A DNA stretch of 64,000 nt from Candidatus Entotheonellaceae bacterium (lineage in GTDB: Bacteria; Tectomicrobia; Entotheonellia; Entotheonellales; Entotheonellaceae), in assembly GCA_965238075.1 (NCBI GenBank), contig OZ250173.1, positions 3,288,322-3,352,321 of the forward strand, read 5' to 3'. The position numbers and the translations under genes were made by a program. This document shows, one piece after another, positions 18,672 to 28,123 of this stretch (position 1 is the stretch's first letter; each line of letters begins with the position of its first letter). The notes under the pieces were generated by a model. The model saw only the letters and a list, made by a program, of their open reading frames with translations, was not told the origin of the DNA and made no database searches.

Positions 18672-19751
18672 ATGAAATTCGGGCTTATGTACGAGATTCA
18701 GATTCCCGAACCCCATTACCCGGGTATCGAACGGGACGTGTACAAGCAAGTCCTGGATCAGGTGACCCTTGCCGACGAGGTGGGGTTTGACCACGTCTGG
18801 ACGGTGGAGCACCATTTCCTGAAGGAGTTCTCACACTGCTCGGCGCCGGAAGTGCTATACGGCGCGATTTCGCAGCGTACCTCGAACATTCGCATCGGCC
18901 ACGCCGTGGCCCTGCTGCCGCCGCAGTACAACCATCCGGTGCGCGTTGCCGAGCGCGCCGCGGTGCTGGACATCCTCAGCGACGGGCGCTGCGACCTCGG
19001 CACCGGGCGTTCCACCACACTGATCGAGATGGACGGTTTCCAGATAAGCCCCGAGGAAACGCGGGCGATGTGGGAAGAGGCCGTCAGCATCATCCCGCGC
19101 ATGTGGACGGAGGACCCCTTCGAGCACGACGGCCATTACTTCAAGATTCCGCCGCGCTCGGTCATTCCCAAGCCGGTGCAGGATCCGCACCCGCCACTGT
19201 GGGTCGCCTGCGGCCAGCCGGAAAGTTTCTACGCGGCGGGCGAAAAGGGTCTCGGCGTCCTGTGCTTCAACATCGGCGTGCCCGAGGAACTTCGCAACCG
19301 CATCGACAATTACCGCAAGGGCATTGCCAACGCCAAGCCGGTCGGCAAGTTCGTCAATAACCAAGTGGCGGCATTGTGCATCCTGCATTGCGCCGAGACC
19401 GACGAAGAGGCCATCGACAATGCCGGCATGCACGGGCTGTGGTTCATGGACAAAACGGTAGACCTGTACCAGCCGTGGCGCCAGAAGGGCAACGAGGTGC
19501 CGGATTCATACAAGTTTGCGGTGGATGCGGTGCAGAAGGAACGCGCCGGGCGCACGATTCAGGATTACGTCGACGGCGGGACGTTCTGCATCGGCAACCC
19601 TGACACCTGCATCGAGACGATCAAGAAGTACGAGGCGCAAGGCGTCGATCAGGTCCTGTGCTTCATGCAATACGGCAAACTGCCGCATGACAAGATCATG
19701 AGCGCCCTGCGGCTGATGGGCAAGCACGTGATGCCGTATTTCCGGCAGTAA
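18672..19751 (+). CDS. LLM-class (luciferase-like) flavin-dependent oxidoreductase
   Basis: WTVEHHF, HPVRVAE, DILSDGR, PKPVQDPHPPLW. Confidence 0.93.
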   Translation: MKFGLMYEIQIPEPHYPGIERDVYKQVLDQVTLADEVGFDHVWTVEHHFLKEFSHCSAPEVLYGAISQRTSNIRIGHAVALLPPQYNHPVRVAERAAVLDILSDGRCDLGTGRSTTLIEMDGFQISPEETRAMWEEAVSIIPRMWTEDPFEHDGHYFKIPPRSVIPKPVQDPHPPLWVACGQPESFYAAGEKGLGVLCFNIGVPEELRNRIDNYRKGIANAKPVGKFVNNQVAALCILHCAETDEEAIDNAGMHGLWFMDKTVDLYQPWRQKGNEVPDSYKFAVDAVQKERAGRTIQDYVDGGTFCIGNPDTCIETIKKYEAQGVDQVLCFMQYGKLPHDKIMSALRLMGKHVMPYFRQ

Positions 19752-19800
19752 TTTGCCTCCAAGGTGGTAAAGCTGCCGATGCGTCCGGGTGGGAAATGAG

Positions 19801-19831
19801 AGGGGCGCCTCACGGGTGCGAGGCGCCTTTT
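19801..19831. terminator. Hairpin between convergent genes
   Basis: GGCGCCTC...GAGGCGCC followed by TTTT. Confidence 0.6.
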
Positions 19832-19836
19832 GGGGG

Positions 19837-20694
19837 TCAGGCCAGAATCTGCCGCGCGATCTCATCCATCTCAGCCAGGGCGCCCTCGCCTTCCGTTTGG
19901 TCCAGCCAGATGGTGACGCGGTCTGCACCCGCGTCAATGGTTTCCAACACCGCCTCGCGGCTCTTGAAATGACCGGCGTGTCCGAAGGCCATGATCTGCA
20001 CCGTGTCGGGGTCGCGGCCGGCGGCTTCGGCGAGTTCGCTGAGGGTGTTGCGGCCGCGCCGGATCTCGTCGGCCGAGGTGCGGTTGGGCATCCAGCCGTC
20101 GCCCCATTCGACCACACGCTTGAAGACGTTCTGCGCCTTGCCGCCCAGAAAGACGGGCGGATGGGGCTTCTGGGCGGGTTTCGGCACCGAGAGCACCGGC
20201 GCGAAATCGTAGTAGGCGCCGTGATACTCCGCCTCATCCTGGGTCCACAACGCCTTCATGGCCAGGATGGCGTCGCGCGTCTGGGTCCAGCGGTGCGCGA
20301 AGTCGCCGCCCATCATTTCGCTTTCTTCCTTGTGCCAGCCCGCCCCGATGCCGAACAGGAAACGCCCGCCGGACGCTTGATCCAGTGAGGCGATGACCTT
20401 GGCCAGATGCAGCGGATTGTGCTCCGGGACCAGGCAAATGCCGGTACCCAGCTTGATCGTCTGGGTGACGGCGGAGGCGCGCGCCAGGGCAATGAAGGGG
20501 TCGACGATGCGGCCGTAGGTGTCCGGAACGGCGCCGTCGGGTGAGCCGGGAAAACGCGACGTGGTGTGGACCGGGAGGACGACGTGCTCGGGCACCCAGT
20601 ACGACTCAAAGCCCAAATCTTCAGCATGCTTGGCAAGCACCGCCGAGTCTACCGACGTATTAGTCTGGAAAACGAAAATGCCTACGTTCATCAT
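19837..20694 (-). CDS. LLM-class, probably F420-dependent, oxidoreductase
   Basis: WVPEHV, DPFIAL, LDQASGGRF, PKPAQKPHPP, WGDGWMP. Confidence 0.9.
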   Translation of the reverse strand: MMNVGIFVFQTNTSVDSAVLAKHAEDLGFESYWVPEHVVLPVHTTSRFPGSPDGAVPDTYGRIVDPFIALARASAVTQTIKLGTGICLVPEHNPLHLAKVIASLDQASGGRFLFGIGAGWHKEESEMMGGDFAHRWTQTRDAILAMKALWTQDEAEYHGAYYDFAPVLSVPKPAQKPHPPVFLGGKAQNVFKRVVEWGDGWMPNRTSADEIRRGRNTLSELAEAAGRDPDTVQIMAFGHAGHFKSREAVLETIDAGADRVTIWLDQTEGEGALAEMDEIARQILA

Positions 20695-20722
20695 TAACTG
20701 CTCCCTTTTCTGTGGTTCATCG

Positions 20723-20813
20723 GAACCCCCCAACCCCCCTTCTCAGGGGGGCTTCGATGCCCATGCTCGATTCCAATGTTCTCGCCCTCACAAGGGGGAG
20801 TTAGAGGGGGTTC
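20723..20813. repeat. Intergenic imperfect inverted-repeat element (CCCCCTT...AAGGGGG type, REP/MITE-like)
   Basis: GAACCCCCCAACCCCCCTT...AAGGGGGAGTTAGAGGGGGTTC. Confidence 0.7.
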
Positions 20814-20820
20814 GTCAACC

Positions 20821-21921
20821 CTAAACCTTAAAGTCCGCCACCCCCACGTCCAGCAATACGGTTTGCTGCACCGACGGCGGTAACGAGGTAATGCAACTGG
20901 CGAGACAGGTGTCAATGTCCGGGGCGAAAGCGCCATGAGTGGTCAGGAAGGCATCCAAGTCGCCGGCACCCTTGGCGATCATGTCCTTGGCAATGGCGTG
21001 CGTAGCCAGGGAACGCTCCGGGTAACGGTCCAGGATGAAGGAAAATGCCAGGGTGATGTTGATCATCGGCTGGATGGACAACCGGGAGAGGCCCTTCTCC
21101 TGGGCGAGTTTGGCCGCGTAAATGGCATCGACCACGGCGTGCCGGATGCTGAAGCCGGTGGCCCAGTCGTCGTCTTTGACCCCCTTGCTCAGGGCCACGT
21201 CCCATTGCCGAGTGCCGCCGGCGCCGCCGTTGAGAAAGTCGAAGTAGGCGCCCTGCTGTTCGCCGCCCATAACGCCGTCGGCGAAGCATTCCGCGTACAG
21301 CGCGGCACCGGTGCAGATGCCGGTGCAGCCGTTGAACACCAAGTGCTGTCCGATGAGCTTGGTTTCAGCGCCAGCCGAGACGGAGGCACCGTAGTTTCGG
21401 GGACGCCCCAGGACTTCGAGGGTCGGTTCCAGGCGGCTGTAGATCTCCTGGTCGCCGCTGGCCAAGATGAGCATGCCGTTCGGATGCCCGCCGCCGAGCT
21501 GGGCGCCCAGCGGTCCACCGGTGAGTGGGTAATTGACGTAGCCAACGTCCAGCCCTTTGCAAAACGCCTCGGCCGTAACTGTGAAGCCGGCACTGACGGT
21601 CGACATGTGCAAGATGAAGGGCGTCGCGTCGCAGCGCTCATGCAGCAGCCGGGCGAGATCGGCGATTACCTTCAGGTCGTCGCCGTTCTTGCCGCAACAC
21701 GCCACGACACCGTCGATCTGTCCGTCGCCGACCAAGGCATCGAAGGTGCCCACGAGCTCGGCGCCGTGTTGCCGCCAGCCCTCGCGAAAGGTGTCCCTGT
21801 GCTGGCCCGGGTTGCCCCGGTCGTGCACCCGCGGCACGCGGGCCGGCCCCCCCGGTTTCAGATGCGTGCCTGCCGGACCTGCCATCAGCCCTAGTCCGCC
21901 CACGTATGCAAGCCGTAACAT
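20821..21921 (-). CDS. Divergent NAD(P)-dependent oxidoreductase, 3-hydroxyisobutyrate/6-phosphogluconate dehydrogenase-like
   Basis: YVGGLGLMA, HMSTVS, YPLTGGPLGA, conserved Lys in ETKL. Confidence 0.7.
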   Translation of the reverse strand: MLRLAYVGGLGLMAGPAGTHLKPGGPARVPRVHDRGNPGQHRDTFREGWRQHGAELVGTFDALVGDGQIDGVVACCGKNGDDLKVIADLARLLHERCDATPFILHMSTVSAGFTVTAEAFCKGLDVGYVNYPLTGGPLGAQLGGGHPNGMLILASGDQEIYSRLEPTLEVLGRPRNYGASVSAGAETKLIGQHLVFNGCTGICTGAALYAECFADGVMGGEQQGAYFDFLNGGAGGTRQWDVALSKGVKDDDWATGFSIRHAVVDAIYAAKLAQEKGLSRLSIQPMINITLAFSFILDRYPERSLATHAIAKDMIAKGAGDLDAFLTTHGAFAPDIDTCLASCITSLPPSVQQTVLLDVGVADFKV

Positions 21922-22056
21922 TAACGGTCCCTCCGTTGGTTCGGTTGTGCGGATACGGGCGATCGACGCACTGCGGCCCGTCCGACGTCCGGTTGACCCT
22001 TCGCGTTTCCTTCCGATAGTATCGACGGCGGATTCTATCACAGCCAGGAGGCGTGC

Positions 22057-22704
22057 ATGTGTCGGTTTCTACTGCTGTCATCTGACGAGCCCTGCGGTGT
22101 GCAGCAGGTTGTGGAGCAGTTCGCGCGCATGTGCGAACAAAGCACCTGCCTGGATGGCGATTGGCAAGGGGATGGATGGGGCGTGGCCTGGTGGCGGGAG
22201 GGTGAGGGCTGGTCCCTGCATCGGTCTCTGGCGCCGATCTGGACCGAGACGGATTACGGGCGCCAATTGCCCGCCACGCGCCGCCTCGTGGTGCATGCGC
22301 GTGCCGCCTCATTCCCGGAACACAAGGGTGATCTGGCGTTTGCGCAGCCCTACGTGCACGGGCCGTACGCTTTCGTATTCAACGGTCTCATTGCGGGGGT
22401 GCGCCTACCGCGCGGCATGAAGATTCCCGGTGCCATCGGGGCGGAAAAAATCTGGTATCTGGTGCGGCAAAGGCTGGAGGAAGGCTTCGTGCTCCGGGAG
22501 GCCCTGGCGTGGGTGTACGCCTTTCTGGAGCGCCGCAGCCGCAGAATTCAGGCGTGCAACATGGGCCTCAGCGACGGCCGGCAGGAGGCGAGCCACAACG
22601 GCAATCCCACCGGCCATCCGTACTATCAAATTCATCAGGCGCAGCGCAGAGGCGTGCGCCTGATTTGTTCCGAACCCTTCGGCGACTGGCCGTGGCAGGC
22701 TTAG
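22057..22704 (+). CDS. Class II glutamine amidotransferase-like protein (YafJ/EgtC type)
   Basis: N-terminal MCR, DGWG, HARAAS, QPY, FNG, CSEP. Confidence 0.8.
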   Translation: MCRFLLLSSDEPCGVQQVVEQFARMCEQSTCLDGDWQGDGWGVAWWREGEGWSLHRSLAPIWTETDYGRQLPATRRLVVHARAASFPEHKGDLAFAQPYVHGPYAFVFNGLIAGVRLPRGMKIPGAIGAEKIWYLVRQRLEEGFVLREALAWVYAFLERRSRRIQACNMGLSDGRQEASHNGNPTGHPYYQIHQAQRRGVRLICSEPFGDWPWQA

Positions 22705-23315
22705 CCCCAGAGTTCCTCCAGGCGTTGGGCACGGCCGCAGTTCCACTTGTAGTACTTGTAGCGCAGCGGGTTGTGCTTATAGTAGTCCTGGTGATAATCC
22801 TCGGCGGGATAGAACCTCGAAGCCGCGATGATCGGCGTTACGATCGGCTCCGCGAACGGCTTGGATTCCTGGAGCGCCGTTTTGGAAGCTTCGGCGAGTC
22901 GCATCTGCTCGTCGTCATGCACGAAAATGGCGGTGCGGTACTGGTTTCCGAAATCGCAGAATTGCCGGTCCGCGACGGTGGGATCGACATTGCGCCAGAA
23001 GACGTCGAGCAGTTGCTCATAGGTGATCTGCGCCGGATCGTAAATCACCTCGACGGCTTCCGCATGACCGGTTCGGCCGTTGGTGACCTGTTTGTACGTC
23101 GGATTATCGGCGTTCCCTCCGGTGTAACCTGAGGTGGCCGATGTAACGCCAGAAACCTTCTCGAACGCCTCTTCCACGCACCAGAAGCAGCCGCCTGCAA
23201 ACGTGGCTTTGGCGTGTTCGGTCTCTTCCGCTGTTGCGTGAGTCGCCATCACGGCCAGCAAGACGCCGGCCAGCGCAAGAGCAGTCATCCAACTGGGTAT
23301 GCGTTTCGTTGTCAT
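22701..23315 (-). CDS. msrA: Peptide methionine sulfoxide reductase A, with signal peptide
   Basis: FAGGCFWC, GHAEAV, AEDYHQDY. Confidence 0.96.
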   Translation of the reverse strand: MTTKRIPSWMTALALAGVLLAVMATHATAEETEHAKATFAGGCFWCVEEAFEKVSGVTSATSGYTGGNADNPTYKQVTNGRTGHAEAVEVIYDPAQITYEQLLDVFWRNVDPTVADRQFCDFGNQYRTAIFVHDDEQMRLAEASKTALQESKPFAEPIVTPIIAASRFYPAEDYHQDYYKHNPLRYKYYKWNCGRAQRLEELWG

Positions 23316-23424
23316 AATACGCTTCCTTTTCTAATTGGTTTAACAATACTTTCCAAACCGATTTAACAACCAGCCTGTATCCGTAAACAGCCATCCCACC
23401 CAAATAAGTCCCCCAATGGCAATT

Positions 23425-24378
23425 TTACTTCCGTAACATGCCGAAACTGAATCCGGTAATCAGATGCTTCTGGATGAGGATGCCGAGCACGACCACGGGC
23501 AGGGTAATGACCGTGCCGATAGCGGCCTGCGGGCCGTACAGGCGGCCCTCCACGGCGCTCTGGAACTTGTTCAGCAGTACCGGAAGGGTGGATACCTGCG
23601 GCTGCGTGAGGGTCAGCGCGAGCAGGAATTCGCTCCAGTTGAGGATGAAGATGAAGAGAAACGTTACCATCATGCCCGAGGCCACCAGGGGCAGCACAAC
23701 GCGCCGCAGGGTGTAGATGCGGCCGGCTCCCATAATGCGGGCGGCATGTTCCAACGTGTAGGGTACTTCGTCGATGAAATTGAGCATCATCCAGATCACG
23801 AACGGCAGGGCCGTCGCCACATACAGCAGGCCGAGCCCGAGGTAGGTATCGAACAGGCTGATGCGCACGCCCAGCAGCAACTCGGTGGTGTAGGGGATCA
23901 GCACCGCATAGTACATCAGGATGGGAATGGCAATGACGATGGGCGGCACCATGCGGATGGTCAGGACGAGGTAGCGAAAATTCTTGCCGCCCACGTTGAA
24001 GCGGGAAATCGAATAGGCCAGGAAGGTGCCCATGAGCAGCGCCACTAGGGAACTGAGCGTGGCGATGGCCACCGAGTCGCCGACTGCCTTCCAGATGTTG
24101 TAGACCTGTTCGGTCGCCTCGCGGCTGGGTGCGGTAGCCAGAGGGCCGACAGCCAGAATCTGCTGGTAGTTGTACAGGGTGGGCTGATGCGGCAGCCAGT
24201 GCGGCGGCCAGGCGATCCACTCGCCCGATCCCTTGAACGAGGTCGACACCATCCAGAAGATGGGAAACAGCACGACCATAGACCAGGCGATCAGGACCGC
24301 GTGCCGAAGATATGGAAAGAGCCGCCGCCGTCTCGCCTTGGCGGTTGACGCGTGAGGTTGGTTGCCCGTTGCCATCAT
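23425..24378 (-). CDS. Carbohydrate ABC transporter permease
   Basis: EAA-like loop EHAARIMGA; WSEFLLA. Confidence 0.92.
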   Translation of the reverse strand: MMATGNQPHASTAKARRRRLFPYLRHAVLIAWSMVVLFPIFWMVSTSFKGSGEWIAWPPHWLPHQPTLYNYQQILAVGPLATAPSREATEQVYNIWKAVGDSVAIATLSSLVALLMGTFLAYSISRFNVGGKNFRYLVLTIRMVPPIVIAIPILMYYAVLIPYTTELLLGVRISLFDTYLGLGLLYVATALPFVIWMMLNFIDEVPYTLEHAARIMGAGRIYTLRRVVLPLVASGMMVTFLFIFILNWSEFLLALTLTQPQVSTLPVLLNKFQSAVEGRLYGPQAAIGTVITLPVVVLGILIQKHLITGFSFGMLRK

Positions 24379-25322
24379 TCCCTCCCCTCAGCCTGCAACA
24401 GGGCCCGTTCGCGTACCAGAAGGTAGATGCCGCCGTATATCAGCGTGGAGAAGAGCAGCAGCACCAGAACCGAGGCGGCGGCGCCGAAGCCGTACTTGTT
24501 GAATTGCCACACCTGGCGCCACAGAAAGAAGGCGATCGTCTGCGTGCTGTCGCCGGGCCCGCCGAAGGTGAGCAGTACGGCCTGGTCGAACAGTTTTAGG
24601 GCTTCCATGGTGCGAATGACGACCGCGATGACGATGGCAGGCTTCAGCAGCGGCAGTTGAATGCGGCAAAAAATCTGCCAGCGGCTTGCGCCCATGACGC
24701 GAGCGGCGTTGATCAACTCCGGTGGCAGAGCGGCGAATCCCGACAGGAAAATGAGAAACGTCAACGACGTCCATTGCCAGACGTCGGCCAGGATAATCGC
24801 CCATTGAGCGGCCAGCGGATGCGACAGCCAGCGGATGCGGGCCGTTACGCCGAACGGGGTCAGAATCGGCGCGAGAATCTGGTTCAGAGGCCCGGAATCG
24901 ACGTAAATCATCGAGAAGTTGTAGCCCACCACCACCGGCACGACCATCATGGGGATGAGAAAGATGGTGATGTACAGCCGCCGTCCGCGAAACGCCTGAT
25001 GCACCAGCATGGCCAGGAAGAACCCCAGCACCAGTTCGAGGGTCACTGCCGCCCCGGCGAAATAAAACGTTCTGCCGAGCGACCACCAGAACTCCGGCTC
25101 GCCGATGACTCTGACGTAGTTTGCCAGGCCCTGAAAGTAAGCCTGCTCGAAAGGCCGACTGGCGCGCCATCTGAGTAGGCTGATGTAGATCGTCAGGGCA
25201 AACGGCAGGGCCAGCAAGAGCAGGAACATGCCTTCCACCATGACGAACGGCACGAGCCGGAATATCCGTTCCTGCGCCAACCACGCCGCCAACCCAGACG
25301 GCCGTCTGGGGGTTGCTTCCAT
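24375..25322 (-). CDS. Carbohydrate ABC transporter permease
   Basis: ADVWQW, AARVMGA, LPLLKP, GGPG. Confidence 0.92.
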   Translation of the reverse strand: MEATPRRPSGLAAWLAQERIFRLVPFVMVEGMFLLLLALPFALTIYISLLRWRASRPFEQAYFQGLANYVRVIGEPEFWWSLGRTFYFAGAAVTLELVLGFFLAMLVHQAFRGRRLYITIFLIPMMVVPVVVGYNFSMIYVDSGPLNQILAPILTPFGVTARIRWLSHPLAAQWAIILADVWQWTSLTFLIFLSGFAALPPELINAARVMGASRWQIFCRIQLPLLKPAIVIAVVIRTMEALKLFDQAVLLTFGGPGDSTQTIAFFLWRQVWQFNKYGFGAAASVLVLLLFSTLIYGGIYLLVRERALLQAEGRE

Positions 25323-25350
25323 TTCCGCCAACACGAGTGTCACCGACTCC

Positions 25351-26814
25351 CTATTGGAAAGTGTCGAGATAGGCACCGCTTGCAACGCCGCTGCGCCATG
25401 ATTCGATCTGGTAGTCGCGTCCCACGTCTTCCGTGACAGAATTCCAACCTCTCTCAACGCGCGCGGCGGCCTCCTCCGGCGTCAGGTTGCCTTGCATCAC
25501 CTGTGCCAGATTCTTATCCAGGATGTTGAAGTACTCGTAATTGCCCTCGATCATCAGCAACGAGATGGCATATTTGGTGTTCGCCATGGTCGTCTCAATG
25601 AACTGGCTGCCGAACTTTTCGACAATCGCCGGGTTGTGCAGATTCGAGCGCCGCATCGGGTCCCAGAAGCCCCGCGGGTCGGCGATCGCGACATCGCCCT
25701 GCTGCGGGCCCGTGAACCACTGCAGGAAGTAGTAAGCCAGTTCCGGGTGGTTGCCGTGGCGGTTCACCATATAGCCGGTGCCTGCGGCCTGCGGCGAGCG
25801 GCGCACCAGTCGGCCGTCCCGCATCACCCCGGGGATGATGCAGCTGAGCTGTTGGCCGGCGATCTGCGTCTGCGGGTTCTTGTTGCCGTAGCCCACGATG
25901 GAGGGGAAGGACATCACCGAGAAAGCCTGCCCGCTCGCCCAGAAGGGATAAATCTGGGGCGTTCCCCAGCCCTGGATATCGGGCGGCATGTACTGCACGA
26001 TCGAGCTGAACGCGCGGATAGCCTCAATGCCGCCCGGCGTGTTGACCAGGGGATTCATGTCCTGATCGAACAGCAGCCCCCCGAAGTAGGCCGGGAAATG
26101 ACGGTATGAAAAGTTAATGGCGCGGTAGCCCATGGCGCCGTACAGGTCCTGGTCGAACGTCTTGCCCCATCGCGTGTCGCCCTTCCGGGTGTGGAAAAAC
26201 GACGCCAATTGTTCCCACTGCGCCATCGTTTCCGGGCAACCGGGTTCCCAGCCGTACTGCGCCTGGAATTCTTCTTTGGCGCCCGGCAACTCCAGAATAT
26301 CCTTGCGCAGCACCAGGATGAGGTGATCGCCGTCGAGCAGGAAAAAATACTGTTTGCCGTTGTAGCGTTGTTGGGCGCGCAGGGCCGGTTCGATGCCGGA
26401 AAAGTCCGGGCGGCCGCGCTCGGTGTAGTCATCGAGCGGCATCAGCACACCGGCGCCGGCGGCATCGGGCACGACGTAGGGGAAGTGGTTGAAGATGTCG
26501 TACTGCCCTGTTCTGGCAATCGCCTCCGCCATGATCTTGGAGGGGATGTCGGTGTAGCCGTACTCGATGAAATTCACCTTGATGTCGGTCAGTTCCTCCC
26601 ACTGCCTGGCGTACGCCGGCATGGCATTCCGAAACAGGGAGATGAGCAATAGGGTAAGTGACGGGTTTTGCAGTTGGTGTTTTTCGACGTATGCCTTGGC
26701 GCCATTGATGGCGCGTTCCTCCACGGTGTCGCCGGGCAGGGTCTGGGCCTGCGCCAGTGCGCACGCAAAAACGAGGCAGAGCGCTATTGCGGTCAGCAAC
26801 CTGAGGTGTTTCAC
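25351..26814 (-). CDS. ABC sugar-type extracellular solute-binding protein
   Basis: AAGGAG RBS + GTG, signal peptide, operon context. Confidence 0.85.
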   Translation of the reverse strand: MKHLRLLTAIALCLVFACALAQAQTLPGDTVEERAINGAKAYVEKHQLQNPSLTLLLISLFRNAMPAYARQWEELTDIKVNFIEYGYTDIPSKIMAEAIARTGQYDIFNHFPYVVPDAAGAGVLMPLDDYTERGRPDFSGIEPALRAQQRYNGKQYFFLLDGDHLILVLRKDILELPGAKEEFQAQYGWEPGCPETMAQWEQLASFFHTRKGDTRWGKTFDQDLYGAMGYRAINFSYRHFPAYFGGLLFDQDMNPLVNTPGGIEAIRAFSSIVQYMPPDIQGWGTPQIYPFWASGQAFSVMSFPSIVGYGNKNPQTQIAGQQLSCIIPGVMRDGRLVRRSPQAAGTGYMVNRHGNHPELAYYFLQWFTGPQQGDVAIADPRGFWDPMRRSNLHNPAIVEKFGSQFIETTMANTKYAISLLMIEGNYEYFNILDKNLAQVMQGNLTPEEAAARVERGWNSVTEDVGRDYQIESWRSGVASGAYLDTFQ

Positions 26815-26845
26815 AATGTTATCTCCTTCGGGTGATGATTCGGGT

Positions 26846-27928
26846 TCATTCCAAGCGTGTCCCGTCCTCGGCATCGAACACGAGCATGCCTTTGGGGTCG
26901 AAGCCAAAGGCAATGGCCTCCCCCACTTCAAAGCCTGCTAGCCCGAGATCGCCCCTGACCTTGGCCACGAGTTGGGACGGGCCGCCGTAATCGAAATGGA
27001 CCAGCGTTTCATCGCCCAGCGGTTCGGTCAGTTGAACATGTCCGGCAGCGCCTTGAGGACCGAGCAAGACATGCTCGGAACGGACGCCGAGGCAGACGTC
27101 GCGGCCAATGGCAGCACCAGGCACGGCCTCGGCGGGTAATGCAAGATCGAGATGATCTGCCTGAAAGTGGGGCGGGTTGGTGTCGCTGAGCCGGCCTGAG
27201 ATAAGATTCATGGTCGGCATGCCGAAAAAGCCGGCCACGAAGAGGTTGGCCGGCCGGCGATAGATCTCCAGCGGTGTGCCGATCTGCTGAATGCGGCCCG
27301 CCTGCATGACGGCAATGCGGTCGGCCATGGTCATCGCCTCGGCCTGGTCGTGGGTGACGTAGACGAAGGTGGAGCGCAATTGCTCATGCAGGCGTTTGAG
27401 CTCGGTGCGCATTTCAATCCGCAGCTTGGCGTCGAGGCTGGACAGCGGCTCGTCCAGCAGGAGCACGTCGGGGTTGCTGATGGTGGTGCGTGCCAGGGCG
27501 ACGCGCTGCGCCTCGCCACCGGAGCATTGGGCCGGTTTCTTGCCCAGCAGGTAGGTGATCTGAAAGGTTTCAGCGACGCGGTTGACGCGTTCGTTCAGGT
27601 CGGTCGAGGGGACTCTCCGGACCCGAAGGCCAAAGGCGATGTTCTCGAACACGCTCATGTGAGGGAACAGTGCGAGATTCTGAAACACCATGCCCAGGTG
27701 GCGCTCGCCCGGTTCCAGATCAGTGACGACGCGATCGCCGATGATCACGTTGCCGCTGGTCGGCTGCTCAAGACCGCAGATCATGTTCAGGGTAGTCGTT
27801 TTGCCGCAGCCGGAGGGCCCGACGAAAATCATGAACTCGCCGTCCTGGATGTCCAGACTGACCCCGGCGACGGCCGTGATCCCGGCGCCGAATGTCTTGA
27901 CGAGATTTTCGAGCACGATGCGGGCCAC
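26846..27928 (-). CDS. ABC transporter ATP-binding protein (MalK/UgpC-like)
   Basis: GPSGCGKT, SGGEAQR, LLDEPLS, VTHDQ. Confidence 0.95.
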   Translation of the reverse strand: MARIVLENLVKTFGAGITAVAGVSLDIQDGEFMIFVGPSGCGKTTTLNMICGLEQPTSGNVIIGDRVVTDLEPGERHLGMVFQNLALFPHMSVFENIAFGLRVRRVPSTDLNERVNRVAETFQITYLLGKKPAQCSGGEAQRVALARTTISNPDVLLLDEPLSSLDAKLRIEMRTELKRLHEQLRSTFVYVTHDQAEAMTMADRIAVMQAGRIQQIGTPLEIYRRPANLFVAGFFGMPTMNLISGRLSDTNPPHFQADHLDLALPAEAVPGAAIGRDVCLGVRSEHVLLGPQGAAGHVQLTEPLGDETLVHFDYGGPSQLVAKVRGDLGLAGFEVGEAIAFGFDPKGMLVFDAEDGTRLE

Positions 27929-28123
27929 CCTGACTCCTCCCAGACGGTTCTCACAGGTCATCGCGTCTGTATTATCAAGTGTCATCAGGCGGGGTCAATC
28001 GGAAAGTGCACGATCCCATACCCGAATCACAACCCGCTTTCCAGCCAGAGTTGACACGACGACAGGCGGTATGTTGTCGTACCATGACCGATCTGCCATG
28101 ACTGCTCAGAGGAGAGATGGGCA

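Noticed and set aside
22057-22704. Ergothioneine pathway (EgtC-like here, DinB/EgtB-like at 61144)
   Set aside because: The genes are 38 kb apart, the DinB protein lacks the FGE-sulfatase domain, and no egtD is visible.
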